DNA of 64,000 bases from Nitrospirales bacterium (GTDB lineage Bacteria; Nitrospirota; Nitrospiria; Nitrospirales; UBA8639): positions 1,312,001 to 1,376,000 of the forward strand of contig CBDBCZ010000018.1 of the NCBI GenBank assembly GCA_965203295.1. Direction: 5' to 3'. The notes beneath the pieces were generated by a model. The model made no database searches. It was not told where the DNA came from and saw only the letters and a list, made by a program, of their open reading frames with translations. Made by a program: the position numbers and the translations under genes. Of this stretch, positions 52,741 through 64,000 are shown in pieces (positions within the stretch are counted from its first letter, which is position 1; each line of letters opens with the position of its first letter).

Positions 52741-53934
52741 GAGAGATTACCAGTACCATAAAGCAAGATAGTTTGTTAGGCCAGCTGGCCATAGGAGGGC
52801 ATTCAATCTTTCTATCATGGGCTAGGACTGAATTCATGGGTGAGCGTGAGCAAGCCCCACATTATGTACTCCATTCAGAAATTGTCTGAGCATGAGTACG
52901 TGCATGTGCACCTGCGGTCCACATACCACACACCGTTTACAATCATGATTCATTACAACGTTAGGAAGTTCTTCAATCTGCATATTCATTATCCCATTCA
53001 AACGTTCGAACCAGTTTGCATGGCTGCGGCAAGAAAGTTTAGGGAGACTATCACTAAGCTACAGCAGGAGAGAAGGATATGTTTCAGTGATGCTGAGGGT
53101 ACAGGACAAGCTACACGAGGGGAGGGCTACAGCTAGGAGAGCTAGCCAAACAAGTATGCTGGTCTACAGACTGTCAATTGGCAAACTCTGGCTACACTGC
53201 AACGGGTGAGAGATCACTCTCAATGCTCCTAGTATCTATTCCCATATTTGGAAACAACACAATTGTGTACAGCCACTGTAGACCAGCTGAATTGAACAGC
53301 TGAATACTACCCCACACTGCCGTGTTTGTGTCTAGGGCAGCAGAGAGCCATAAAGTGCCTGGCAGGGTTAGAGCGAAGAAAGTATAATGGAGTCCTGCAA
53401 AACTGGTCATGGACTGAGGCAATGGGGTTATGTACCCAGAGCAGACCATAGATGGAGAAAGCCCCAGTAATCAGTGGTCAGCGTCAACAGCTGCACACAG
53501 CACTCACATGTTCAACACTGCCCTATTTCTGATAAGTGTAGTATACGGTGGCCCTGAAGGTCGCGCGATGTGACACGCAACATGCAAACATCCCACCCAC
53601 TAAGCGATGGTCCCAACATCCCTCACGAAGGTCCTGCCCAACTATGCGAGTTTCAATGTCCCACCAGTAGTTCTCAGACCCACTATGCAATGACTCTTAA
53701 TTCCTACCCCCTGTGTCTAGTATTACCAGTACCATATGGGAAGACAATCTGCCTGGCTAACTGGCCACAGAAGGGCACTCCACTCTTTCCACCACAGGCT
53801 AGGAACTTCCTATTCCCCCACTACATGTACATGGCACCAGGTGGGAGAAGTCCCATATTAACTGCACACAAACGTTAACCTCACATTTGCCACACTGCCC
53901 GGTTTGTATCCTTGGCAGCAGGATACCATACACG

Positions 53935-54123
53935 TACGCACGCACGCACGCACGCACATGCACACACACTCACACATGCACACGCACACGCACACGCACA
54001 CGCACACGCACACGCACACGCACACGCACACGCACACGCACACGCACACGCACACGCACACGCACACGCACACGCACACGCACACGCACACGCACACGCA
54101 CACGCACACGCACACGCACACAC
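53935..54123. repeat. (CACG)n/(CACACG)n microsatellite
   Basis: Direct reading of the sequence. Confidence 0.97.
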
Positions 54124-54774
54124 TCCTTGAAACTGGTCAATTTACCATGCTTTTTTACAACAATCTGTTCAAGGTAAAAAGGGTGGTGACAAAGATGTAA
54201 CCTACGGGTTTGTCCTCATCTACTACAATTATCCACCTAATACGGTACCATTCAGTCCTTTACAATACAATGAATAGCTTCCTAATCATTGACTGTAGTA
54301 GGGTGAGACGGTATTCACTTTCACGCATTAGCGTTTGCTTACTTTGACCGTACCAGCTAGTTTAAGCATCGATGAAGCGTTATAGTGAATCTGCAGTTTG
54401 CTTACCTTTCAGTAGCTGTCAAAACAAAATAGAGCCGTTTTGCTGTCTCTGGTAAGTTCTTTTTAGCTAAGTAAGATGTTTCAGAGCATATGTAGCTCTT
54501 CCGTTTACGCTGTCGCAATTTCAGTTCAGCCACATGCACTTGATAATCAGCGCTTCTGTACTTCCTACGTACAGTTTACACAGTCTCACCGTGCTACTGA
54601 CGTACTACAAAAACGAAACAGGAATTTTTTTTGACCACTACTGTACACTCGTTCATGCTGAGCCACCCGTGATTCGTCAGTATTTACACGTAATACACGT
54701 GATCACGAGTGAAAATACTGCAATCACACGGATTATCGCGTAAACACACGTGCGTTTCCAACTGAGTAACCCCA

Positions 54775-55020
54775 TTGTTCTTCCTCCACTAATAAGAGGA
54801 CTAATTAACAATGTCTACCCAGCTCCACTGTTTCTTCTCTCTTCCACTAAATATAGAGACTAATTAATAAGCCCTACCCAGTTTCTCTGCTTCTTCTCTT
54901 CTCTACTAATTAAGGAGAGTAATTAACAGGGCCTACCCAGTTCCTCTGCTTCTTCTCTTCTCCACTCATTAAGAGGAATAATTAACAGAGCCTACCGGTT
55001 TCTCTGTTTCTTCCCTCCTA
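54775..55020. repeat. ~61-bp tandem repeat, 4 copies
   Basis: ttcttctcttc.ccacta...aattaaca..gcctacccagtt.ctctg units. Confidence 0.8.
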
Positions 55021-56502
55021 AAGACTCACCCTCCACTTCAGTGATTTCACCATGAAGTAGGACAGCTTCGGCTGTATCGGACAGGATGAGTCTATATGGA
55101 CGAATAGCACTTAGGGCATAAAAACATCATTTGTCAATGAGTGGTGTGTGTAAGTTTGCATGTGTGTGTATTTGTGTGGTACTAAGGTGATCATTAGTGT
55201 AACGCTACACCACATGGTATGTATACAAAGTAACATGATATGACCATATTAGAATGTCATGTCCTAGTACATGACATACAGTCATACCAGTAGCTATAGC
55301 AACTGTCAGTGTTGGAATACAGCAAGCAAATGGGAATGCAGAACTTGCCTATATGGCTGCTAATGAGATACCTTGGTACTTACAATCTTGTACTAGTGGT
55401 TTTGCTGGGAATACCCGCCATTGTGAGGTGAAGGAGCAGAGTTTAGTACAGTACTCATGCAATGAGAAGAGCTTCATTACAAAATTATGATATTCCGGCT
55501 AAACTTCCTCTGACCCGACAACAATACTATACTGTGCAGGGGAATTGTTGAAGAACCTACCAAATGCTCCTCATCTCCATCTGCTCTAACAGTGAGGGTT
55601 CACAGACACAGGGGACAACTAGAGCAGGTGTAATTAGCCAGTGTTTGACTACTTGCTTGTTGGCATGTGCCAGCCCTTTCCACCATACAATGACAAGGGG
55701 GGCAGGGAAGAGGATTTTGCAATTGAGTAATTATATTATGCACATGTACATTGATAGCCAATACTCTCTGGCCTTTGTGAGATGGTGAAAGATTAGGCTA
55801 CAAGTTTGGTCTACTGCATATTCCTTTGTACTGGACGTGTACTTAGCAAGCCATATCAGTTACATTCCAGCTGGAAAGGAAATGGTAACCAGCATATCAT
55901 TTACAGACCAGAGTAGTTTAGGGGAGCAGGCATGTCCGACAGCTCCTTCAGATACATGACATTGTGAGGACAGATCCACACGTTCATGCAATATTGATGG
56001 CAGTACTGATGGCAGTGAAGACTATAGGTTGGTTTAAAACTCTTTGAATGCCATGGGTACATTTATGTGCCCATGTAAAATAGAAAAAACATGTAGCTAC
56101 TTTGTATTAACGCCTAATATAAAAAGGCCAACATAAATTCACATTAGCCTTATGGATGTATTAAAACTCGGCTGGGAAAGAGTTAACATGGTTTGATCAT
56201 AAATCTGATGGTCGGTTGAGAAACAGGAGAGCTCTGGGAATGAATCTACCTGCTGGCCATCATGGTTACTGAACTCCGTGCATGGAGACTCATAACATAT
56301 TATTCAAAATAGAGGTAGGGCTGATTTATTCTTTAAAGCTGCTGGCTAAGAGGTGGCAGGATCAAAGTCATACGTAATAGTTGTACCATGGGTTATTTAG
56401 GGTGTATGGGATGCGAGAGCTGGTTGCATTATGGGTGGGGCTGTTAGGCCGCCTTTTTGTCGGAACAACAGCATTTGTGAGATTAATAATATAGTATAGT
56501 CT

Positions 56503-57079
56503 TAGCTATCCCCAACTTCTCCCCACCTTGGGATCGCTTGCACTTCCGGTGTGCTCTATCCAAAATCGGATAGAGCCAATCAAATTGCACCAGTCACATG
56601 CAACAGCACTTCTCACGTGACCCTTGCATGTTCTGCATATTAACTGTACTGCTGAGAGTAAGGCGCGCCTGGATATCGCGTCTCCTGCAGACAAAGCGGC
56701 TGAGAAACTGTAGGCTACGCGCTCTGATAAAATCAACGTGAGAACATTTTCAATCATTTTGTGCGAGTCAACGATTTTTTTGGTTCCTTACCGGGCTATA
56801 GACTCGCCTGAGCTTCGATAACTCCGGTACTTCAACAAGGCGCGCCATATAAAGAGCCAGAAAATTGCTCCGCCATCGTACATGCGTTTGCAGTCGATTT
56901 GCGTCGAAGTAGGCCATGGCGAACATGATTACGTCATATGATACGGCATGTGATACAGCGTGTGATTGCATTCCGCAACCACACCGGAAGTGTGCAGGAG
57001 TATCTAGACCCACTTCTCCCGCCGAGATCCTGCAAGCGATTCCAAGGTGGGGAGAAGTTGGGGATAGCTAGCTGGACTA
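56503..57079. mobile_element. TAG...CTA non-autonomous element, 9-bp TSD
   Basis: TIR tagctatccccaacttctccccaccttgg / ccaaggtggggagaagttggggatagcta. GTATAGTCT at 56494-56502 and 57080-57088. Confidence 0.82.
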
Positions 57080-57661
57080 GTATAGTCTGAAGTCTACCTT
57101 GTGTTGCGGCCATGCGGCCTATTACGACATTGTTCGTCCTATTCCTTTTCTTCGGAAAATTCGGTGACATCCGACCGCCCGATGAAGACGTCAAATGCCT
57201 CTACGGCTCTCTCACAGCAGCGTGCAGGACAAACATACTGTTTGCTGGGCCAGCACGCTACCCCTCTCTACCACTGGCCACTGGCAATGTCGTAGGACTC
57301 TTCTTTCTGCTTCTTCCAGTCTCAATTTTGCGGAAGAAAGTTGCGTAAGTAGCTAGCTATGCCTCACAATTTTTAAGGAGTGTAGCTAATACTTTGTAGC
57401 TTGCTACAATCCTGGACTCGCCTGCAATTTTAAATTGTAGTTATCTCGTGTGCTTTAGCTATATGGATGGTCTCATGCTAGTGTAATAATTTCAGGTAAT
57501 GATTGCAGAGAGCAGATACCATTCACTTTGGCTTGAAGGATTAAACGTAGTAGCTATTCTACATACTATATACAACTCAAATCCTGCACTCCACTTGTTT
57601 TTATAGGAATGGTTCACGGTGTGGTATACCATTTGCGCAGCAAAAACGTTTGTCCTTCACC

Positions 57662-58007
57662 ATGCAGTTTGAGCCCCACAAGTGTCTGCTGATCAAAATA
57701 GTTGTCCCAATGAACGAAAGAATCGTTTACATCTCATCGATGCTGTCAGTGTTCGCAGACAGTCTACGTGCACTGGTCAAGTCTCGTACTGCCGCGGTAC
57801 TCCAGGTCAGCCAGGACTCCCTCCAACGCTTCTGGGTGTTTGCGAGTCACACAGTCAGCTTTCCCATACCCGGAACATGTCTACAACATTTCTGCAAGCT
57901 GGCAACAAGTCCCTCCGCCTCCTCCATGCTACGCTTAATTACAGCCCTTCAGTGGCTGTTAATAATAGCGGGAGACGTGGAGCTAAACCCAGGACCAACA
58001 CTTCAAA
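57662..58007 (+). CDS. First coding exon ending in a 2A/StopGo peptide (LLIIAGDVELNPG|P)
   Basis: ATG at 57662 downstream of a possible acceptor (tttttatag, 57606). DVELNPGP at 57974-57997 matches D(V/I)ExNPGP. Phase-1 donor A|GTGAGG after 58007. The start codon is uncertain. Confidence 0.75.
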
Positions 58008-59800
58008 GTGAGGCATTATAATAGAATGTAGAACAAACAATTCTATCCCGTCAATAATAATGCAGGTGTCGTTTTTAACTTTGTACTGTAGGTTTTAATT
58101 CCTAGCTACATGGCATTCAGCAACTAAGTTCGCATTCTACTTTTCAGCAAAAGCTTGCTAGACAATGATTCAAAAGATGATACAAGCTCAATTACCTATA
58201 CACTTGCAGCGACAAGTTACATGATGTTATTTGCCCCAGGTTCAGCTGCCGTTGAACCCTGTATAGTCTTCTTGCCATACTGTATGAAGTGCAAGTGATG
58301 GCATAACCAACCACTATTATCTGCATAGCCGTCACTCTAACATTGCTCGATTATAGATGAATGGACGGGCAGATAAGTAGATAGATTAAACCTACTTAGT
58401 GAATGCCTACGTGCGGGATGCCTGCTACTGTTTAACTCCAGGTGTCAAATTTTGGTAAGGAGACATAGTCTATCACTTCCCATCTCCCCACTTTGCCACA
58501 GATTCTCTTTCCGACCTCTCCATTCTGCTTGCAGAGGGCATTTTGGAGGTAGTCAAGACCGTCCTGACCCACCCTGTGCTGCTTGGAATTTACACCTTAC
58601 TAGCCATCCTATGCGTCACCTTTGCTTTTGCTTCCTACAGTAAATTGAGATTCAAAGGTAACAGATTTAATATCTAACTAGGGAGATGGAGAAGTAAGTG
58701 AATATCATAATTTAACTCCTCATGCAAATTCCACTCCTACCCCATGGTTGATGCATTTTAATGACCAACATCAGAATACTATTCATATACAGTGCACTGC
58801 AAGTACAATCACTATGTGAATCTATTAATAAAAAAAAAATTCAAGACAGACTTAGTACCAAAATGTGCTTTATATTCCTAATAAAGCATCATTTGCTTAT
58901 AGCCCCATGCAGGAATGTTATTACGTGCATCACTCAAAGTACTCAGGAGCTCGATCATTATGACCTCAAACCACAATATATTTTAACTGAATGCAAGACT
59001 TGGGTTTGAGGCTAATTGCAACCACCTAAACAAATCTGTATAACAGGCCCAGTCAGGAAATCATCTGCTTGCAGTAGAAATATTTACATGACGGCATTTA
59101 ATTTGTAACTAGACATACGCATGCGCAGTAAGGCCTCACGCAGAGACACGTGGAAAGCTAGATTGAAAGAAATTACAAACCACACCCACTTTAGAAGCTG
59201 CTACGACAGCGCAACTACATATACGCTTTCAACATGTCAGTAGACAGATGTCTCTGTCTAAAACGTACTTCCAAGGCCCAGCTATAGTTGACACAGAGTC
59301 ACTGGGCTTCGCTCCTGTTCATGGCGCTCGATTTGCCACGAAGGTAAGGTGTAAACTAAATCCAATTCACCCCATCCACAAATATTCAGAGAGCCGTGCA
59401 GTACTTTGAGTGCAATGATGTAGTGAAATTTCTACATGGCACAGATTTTACTGCACTGTCATGAAAGGTAGACATTACCTTAGTTTATACTTCAGAATAC
59501 CATGCAGATGAGATGTAAAATACAGAACTTTAAGCTATTATAGTAGAGCTTGCTATTTATGTCTACCACTCCATTTTGGTGTGCATTTTTGTTGCATTGT
59601 TCTTGATACATAATTGAAATCAGTTATAAGTCTATGGAGCTAGATCCTCTCCTCACATCCACATAGAGATAAGTGAAACAAATTACATTTTTCAGCAAGT
59701 TGTTCTTGCCTAAGCAGTTAGTGATTCTGGGCACACACTTATACACTAGTATAGTGAATACTTCAGACTTTGAAGGAACCTGTAAATCGCTTATGTTCAG

Positions 59801-59860
59801 GTGGCGGCAGAGGTAATGATGGTAGTACTGGTGGTGGAAGAAGCACTTCTGGGAATACAG
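59801..59860 (+). CDS. Gly/Ser-rich linker exon (60 bp, phase 1-1) of the 2A-Death-domain gene
   Basis: ttatgttcAG|...|GTGAGT. Open in phase 1: (S)GGRGNDGSTGGGRSTSGNT. Confidence 0.6.
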
Positions 59861-60719
59861 GTGAGTGCCTTGCATATTTTGATTTAGGTATAAAAACATT
59901 GAGTACATGTACTTTCCCATGGTAGTTTGTCTCCAGTATGGAACAGGGCCGACTTCATATATCTCTATACAAAAACAGAACTACGTCCAATTTCTACTCG
60001 CTAACAGTGGGCAATAAGTCTTCATTCTCAATGCATGTACCCTACCTTGTAGACCTGTACTGATACAGCCATGCATCTGTCTCAGATTCACCATGGATGC
60101 ACATATGAACAGTGTGTCTCCATCCCATTTTAAGGCATGCATGCTACAGTTTGCAACCAGACTAGTACGAGTTTAACTGGACACCAGTATTAACCATTTG
60201 ATTCATTTGAAGCTGCAAACAACATCATAATATCTTTGTGCATGTACATAAATTGCGGTTATCACAGCGAATTGTGAGTAAATGGTTGCCATGCCTGCTA
60301 TTATCAATGCAGTTCTGACATCACATGAGATATATACGCATCTTTGAGACAGACACAAGAATGATTGTTCCAAGCTTGTTAATTCTAGGTGTACCTACTC
60401 CAATTCGTCTACATGTTGTTTCCTTCGTTTTACTTTGTTTTACAATTAGCTACACCCTTATCACCTTAAGATAATTATTTACACTGACAAGTGCAAAAAA
60501 ATTCACGAGTGCATGGGGTTGTACGTACCACTGCCTTTTATACAAAGCATTTCAATTTTAAACTAATGGCAATAGATTAATTTTTTGTGTAATTGGCAAC
60601 AAACCAAAACAATTTGTATTGAGAATACTGGTGATAGATCTGTACATTTTGCATATCCATAGTTATAGTATATACGAATACTGATTATATATGAACACAT
60701 AAACTACAGAAGGTTGCCT

Positions 60720-61001
60720 TCAATAAAATCCACAAGCTCCATGCATTTTCCCAAGAGTACCTATTAAAGTTTCATATTGTGTTGGATTTAACTTCACACT
60801 GGAGAGGACTGCATTAAACAGCAGAGTAGCCCTGTCTCTCTCCACTACACCGGGAGCAGAAATTCTAGCCTCATCATACACACTATGTGTAATCATTTCA
60901 GCACCCCAGAACATTTCAGCTAGTTCTCTGCCAAATCCCTGATAAGCTAGATGCTCGATAACACTGTCCCTTTTGGTCTGGAGTTTGCTGCATGTACTCA
61001 G
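60720..61001 (-). pseudogene. CARD-like death-fold exon relic, antisense in an intron
   Basis: Acceptor ttcttctctcAG, then EY, frameshift, KLQTKRDSVIEHLAY...LAEMFWGAEMITHSVYDE...RATLLFNAVLSSVKLNPTQYETLIGTL. The helical pattern resembles CARD-like domains. No clean donor before the stop. Confidence 0.55.
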
Positions 61002-61974
61002 CTGAGAGAAGAATACAGTTTTAATTGAAAGTCTTATTTCTGTAACATGTTTGCAAATTCATACATTTCAATTCGTACCCATTGTTGTCAATAGTGCAGT
61101 ATTGTCCACATAAATGTTTTTCTGGATGTCTGAACATGGTACATTGCACTGCAGCGTTAATATGAAAACATACAGAACTACAACAGTCCTTCACGATAAC
61201 TGAAGATGGCTGTTCCATACACTTTGCATCCAATGTAGAGACACACCACCACAGCGCACTATGTAACACCTTAGATAATATTCATGGTAGTAAAAATTAC
61301 CTTTGCCTCATACGTAGCTATGCTACAGCCGAATCTGTCTGTATAATGCATAGTAGTTGCAATAGTTACAATGCCTATTTAGAATATTATACTCTTCATT
61401 GAAAGAAATTTGGTGACACCCTTGCACTATTTTGAAAGGGCTTTCAATAAAAGTTTGCAGAAACCGAGTAGGCTGATTTTGAAAGTTTAATAGTTTACAA
61501 TGAAATGCACAATTATAAGTTTGCATGTGAACAGTCGTATTTGTCCTGCAGGCACTGAGTGCCATACTGAACCTACACATTCACAACCTTCAGGTGCTGA
61601 CCCACAGTCAAGCCAAAGTAGTTGTTAATAAACTATCAGTTCTCTAGTTTTTGTTTCCTACCTACCGTAGCACCACATTCAGTTAAAATAATGAACGTTG
61701 AGGAGTGAAAGGTAATTAACACTGTAGTTGTAACTCATCAAAATTTCATTTGAATGACTACTTAGTAGTCAGTTATTTTTGTCTGATAGCATACATAAAG
61801 TTTGAGTGGAAGGGAAAGTAAGTGAGAATTTGAACTAGCTGTAGATCATATGGGTAGGTATAAGAATCACATCTTTAGGTAAACTTAAAAGAAATGATTT
61901 TTTAATTTTGTTGAAAGGTTGGAATGGCACATTAATATTGGAGGATGAACTATTGATCATATTCATGTCCACAG

Positions 61975-62016
61975 GTATTGCTCATCTCTTACCAACAGTT
62001 GATGGTTCTGTACTCA
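61975..62016 (+). CDS. Linker exon (42 bp, phase 1-1) preceding the Death domain
   Basis: gtccacAG|...|GTAAGT. Reads (G)IAHLLPTVDGSVL and joins to give 'L-T-EDDL'. Confidence 0.65.
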
Positions 62017-62319
62017 GTAAGTGAATGCAGTATGCAGTTAATAGTAGGCTTTATGTATTGTGTTTAAAGTCACAACCTCAACTTAATATTAATAAGTTAT
62101 GGTCGGATAACACATTTAGATTCAATTGTGGGCAAATATTGCTAAAATAAATTGAGATTCCAGATAAGAAACAAGTAGTTCCACATAGTTTAGATTATGG
62201 ATCTAGGCCCTCGTAACCATCAACATTACTCTCAAGATTCATGATATAGTGGAACTGTAAGTGGCAGAACTATACACCTCTATTTCTGAGACTGCTAGAA
62301 TACGTTATTGTGTCCACAG

Positions 62320-62610
62320 CTGAAGACGATCTTCTTAACATTCTTGAGGAGGTGGGGGGCCTGGCTGCGAGATGGCGTAACATGTGCTTAGTCCTGAGAG
62401 TGCCAGATGCAGATACCATTGGAAACAAATGGCGTGATGACCCAAAGGATTGTCTCAGAGAAATACTGAAACAGTGGCTGAGGATGTGCTACAACACTCA
62501 GAAGCATGGCCCACCAACATGGCAGAAGCTGGTTGAAGCTGTGGCAAATGATAATGGTGGGGATAATCCAGCTCTGGCAGAAACAATTGCATGGAAACAT
62601 CAGACTGAGT
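62320..62610 (+). CDS. Death domain exon (291 bp, phase 1-1)
   Basis: gtccacAG|...|GTAAGT. EDDLLNILEEVGGLAARWRNMCLVLRV...DCLREILKQWLR...GPPTWQKLVEAV...GGDNPALAETI carries the W...L.L / CL..L..WL / PTW..LV.A Death-domain pattern. Confidence 0.88.
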
Positions 62611-64000
62611 GTAAGTATTTGCCAAATAATAATAAATGTAGCATAAATAGTTTTTACAGGATTTATGAGTAATCGTTATATTACTTTTTCTTCAATGACA
62701 CAACAAACAAATTATCAAACAACATGAATTTGATTTGTATTGTGCAACGTACTGTGCTACAGTTGCACTTATGAATATCATTTACTGGGTAATGTAAATG
62801 TAAACATCACCAGACAATAACTGTGTTTATGAGAAACTGAAGTCTATTCTCCGTATACAAGCTCATATTACCTTCATCTTCGTTGGCATATGTACAACTT
62901 AAACTGTTGGAGAATTTAATCAGTCTTAGCTGAATTCACATCGTTGTCACACTGATGCATATCTTACAGGGGTGTCAGAGCAACAATGACCACTGCAGCT
63001 GTGGCAAGCACACAATATTAAATAGCTCTATGAGATGTAACTTATGTTCATGGATAAAGTCTGATTGTCAGTGTGCTGCTTCAACTGAAGGAAACGAGCA
63101 CAGTGTGGTCCAATCAAGCTCCGGCCACCTTGGCTGACATACTGTATGACCCATAAAATAATATTATGGCCTTTGTATTTGATGGACCGAGAAAATAAAC
63201 AAAAAGTTATCTTTCAATCATCACTATAAGCGTGATTATGGTACATGTTTAGTTAGGCATAGCTGCTAGCCAGCAATGTACATGTACAAACTCCTTTTAG
63301 AAGTGGGACTCAGTGCATGGGGCACCACATGAGCCTTGAATTAATGGTGAAATGAAAGTACCATATAGCAAACAAACAAGGTGCAGGGATAGCATAAACA
63401 CAGCACGCACAGCCCCATCCCCACATGTTTTCACTGAATGCAACTTAGCTACCAGCGCTCAAGTGGAAGATGGACATGCACAGAATGGTACTGTAGGAAT
63501 TCGGAACTGTTCTAGAGAACTATACTAACTATCATGGTACTTTAAGAATTTTCTACTATAGCAAGGCTTAATTTATGGTGAATTTGGGATTCTTTTTAGA
63601 CAGTGTAACTGGAATGTGCTCCAAATCACTAGATTTGGAAGTTTTCGTGTATACTGAGCATTTGCACTATCCCTAATAGAAAGGCTGCTGCTGACTATGT
63701 CTTTTAGAAATCAAGTATTTTCAAATGCTTTTGACATACGCTACAGAATAGTGATTTCTACACAGCACATGCACTATGGTACTTTAATGAAAGGAATTGA
63801 ATAGTTTCATTGCAGAATTGCAGACAATATATATGCTACTGGCTTCTGAATTAAACTTACTGTTAAGGTAATTCTTCATTTGGTATGCTCATTTGTCACT
63901 CTGTCTAGGACACTTTTCAAAAAAGGACAGTTGGGACGTTTGTACATTGCTGATTAACTATGGATGACTATATTTTACCAACAGGCTCTGACCCACATGC

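Noticed and set aside
54205..55075. Possible PH-domain micro-exons of the docking-protein pseudogene (PKLSYFMVKSLKWR; RWIIVVDEDKP, minus strand)
   Set aside because: Splice phases did not join cleanly and the segments are too short to support a call.
57974..58100. 2A motif as the start of a LINE ORF
   Set aside because: No endonuclease, RT or PHD-like sequence follows. The frame closes at 58021, just after a splice donor.
58140..58700. Additional micro-exons in the first intron of the 2A gene
   Set aside because: Candidates have weak donors, frame-breaking lengths or in-frame stops.
62970..62989. Candidate terminal exon after the Death domain (cttacAG, reads VSEQQ then stop)
   Set aside because: Plausible but unsupported. 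The gene may continue beyond the window.

Overview
Eukaryotic, repeat-saturated window that is most likely from an invertebrate. A demosponge is my inference from the gene families, the short GT-AG introns and the repeat types. The first ~45 kb is almost entirely mobile DNA. It holds many non-autonomous elements with TAG...CTA termini and 9-bp target-site duplications (TSDs), one of which still carries a RecQ-like helicase relic and so looks AcademH-like. It also holds a deleted hAT/ZBED1-like transposon with an 8-bp TSD, TTAA-flanked and TA-flanked MITEs, Helentron-like microsatellite/hairpin elements, strand-asymmetric palindromes, a tRNA-Thr-carrying repeat, two minisatellite arrays and several local duplications. 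The last ~19 kb holds a decayed multi-pass membrane protein gene fragment, a deleted Ty3/Gypsy element with fold-back LTR sequence and a pseudogenised Tyr-motif docking-protein gene. The most notable feature there is a spliced + strand gene model in which an N-terminal exon ending in a 2A/StopGo motif (LLIIAGDVELNPGP) joins through phase-1 linker exons to a Death-domain exon. An antisense CARD-like relic lies in one of its introns. All calls were made by eye and no searches were run.
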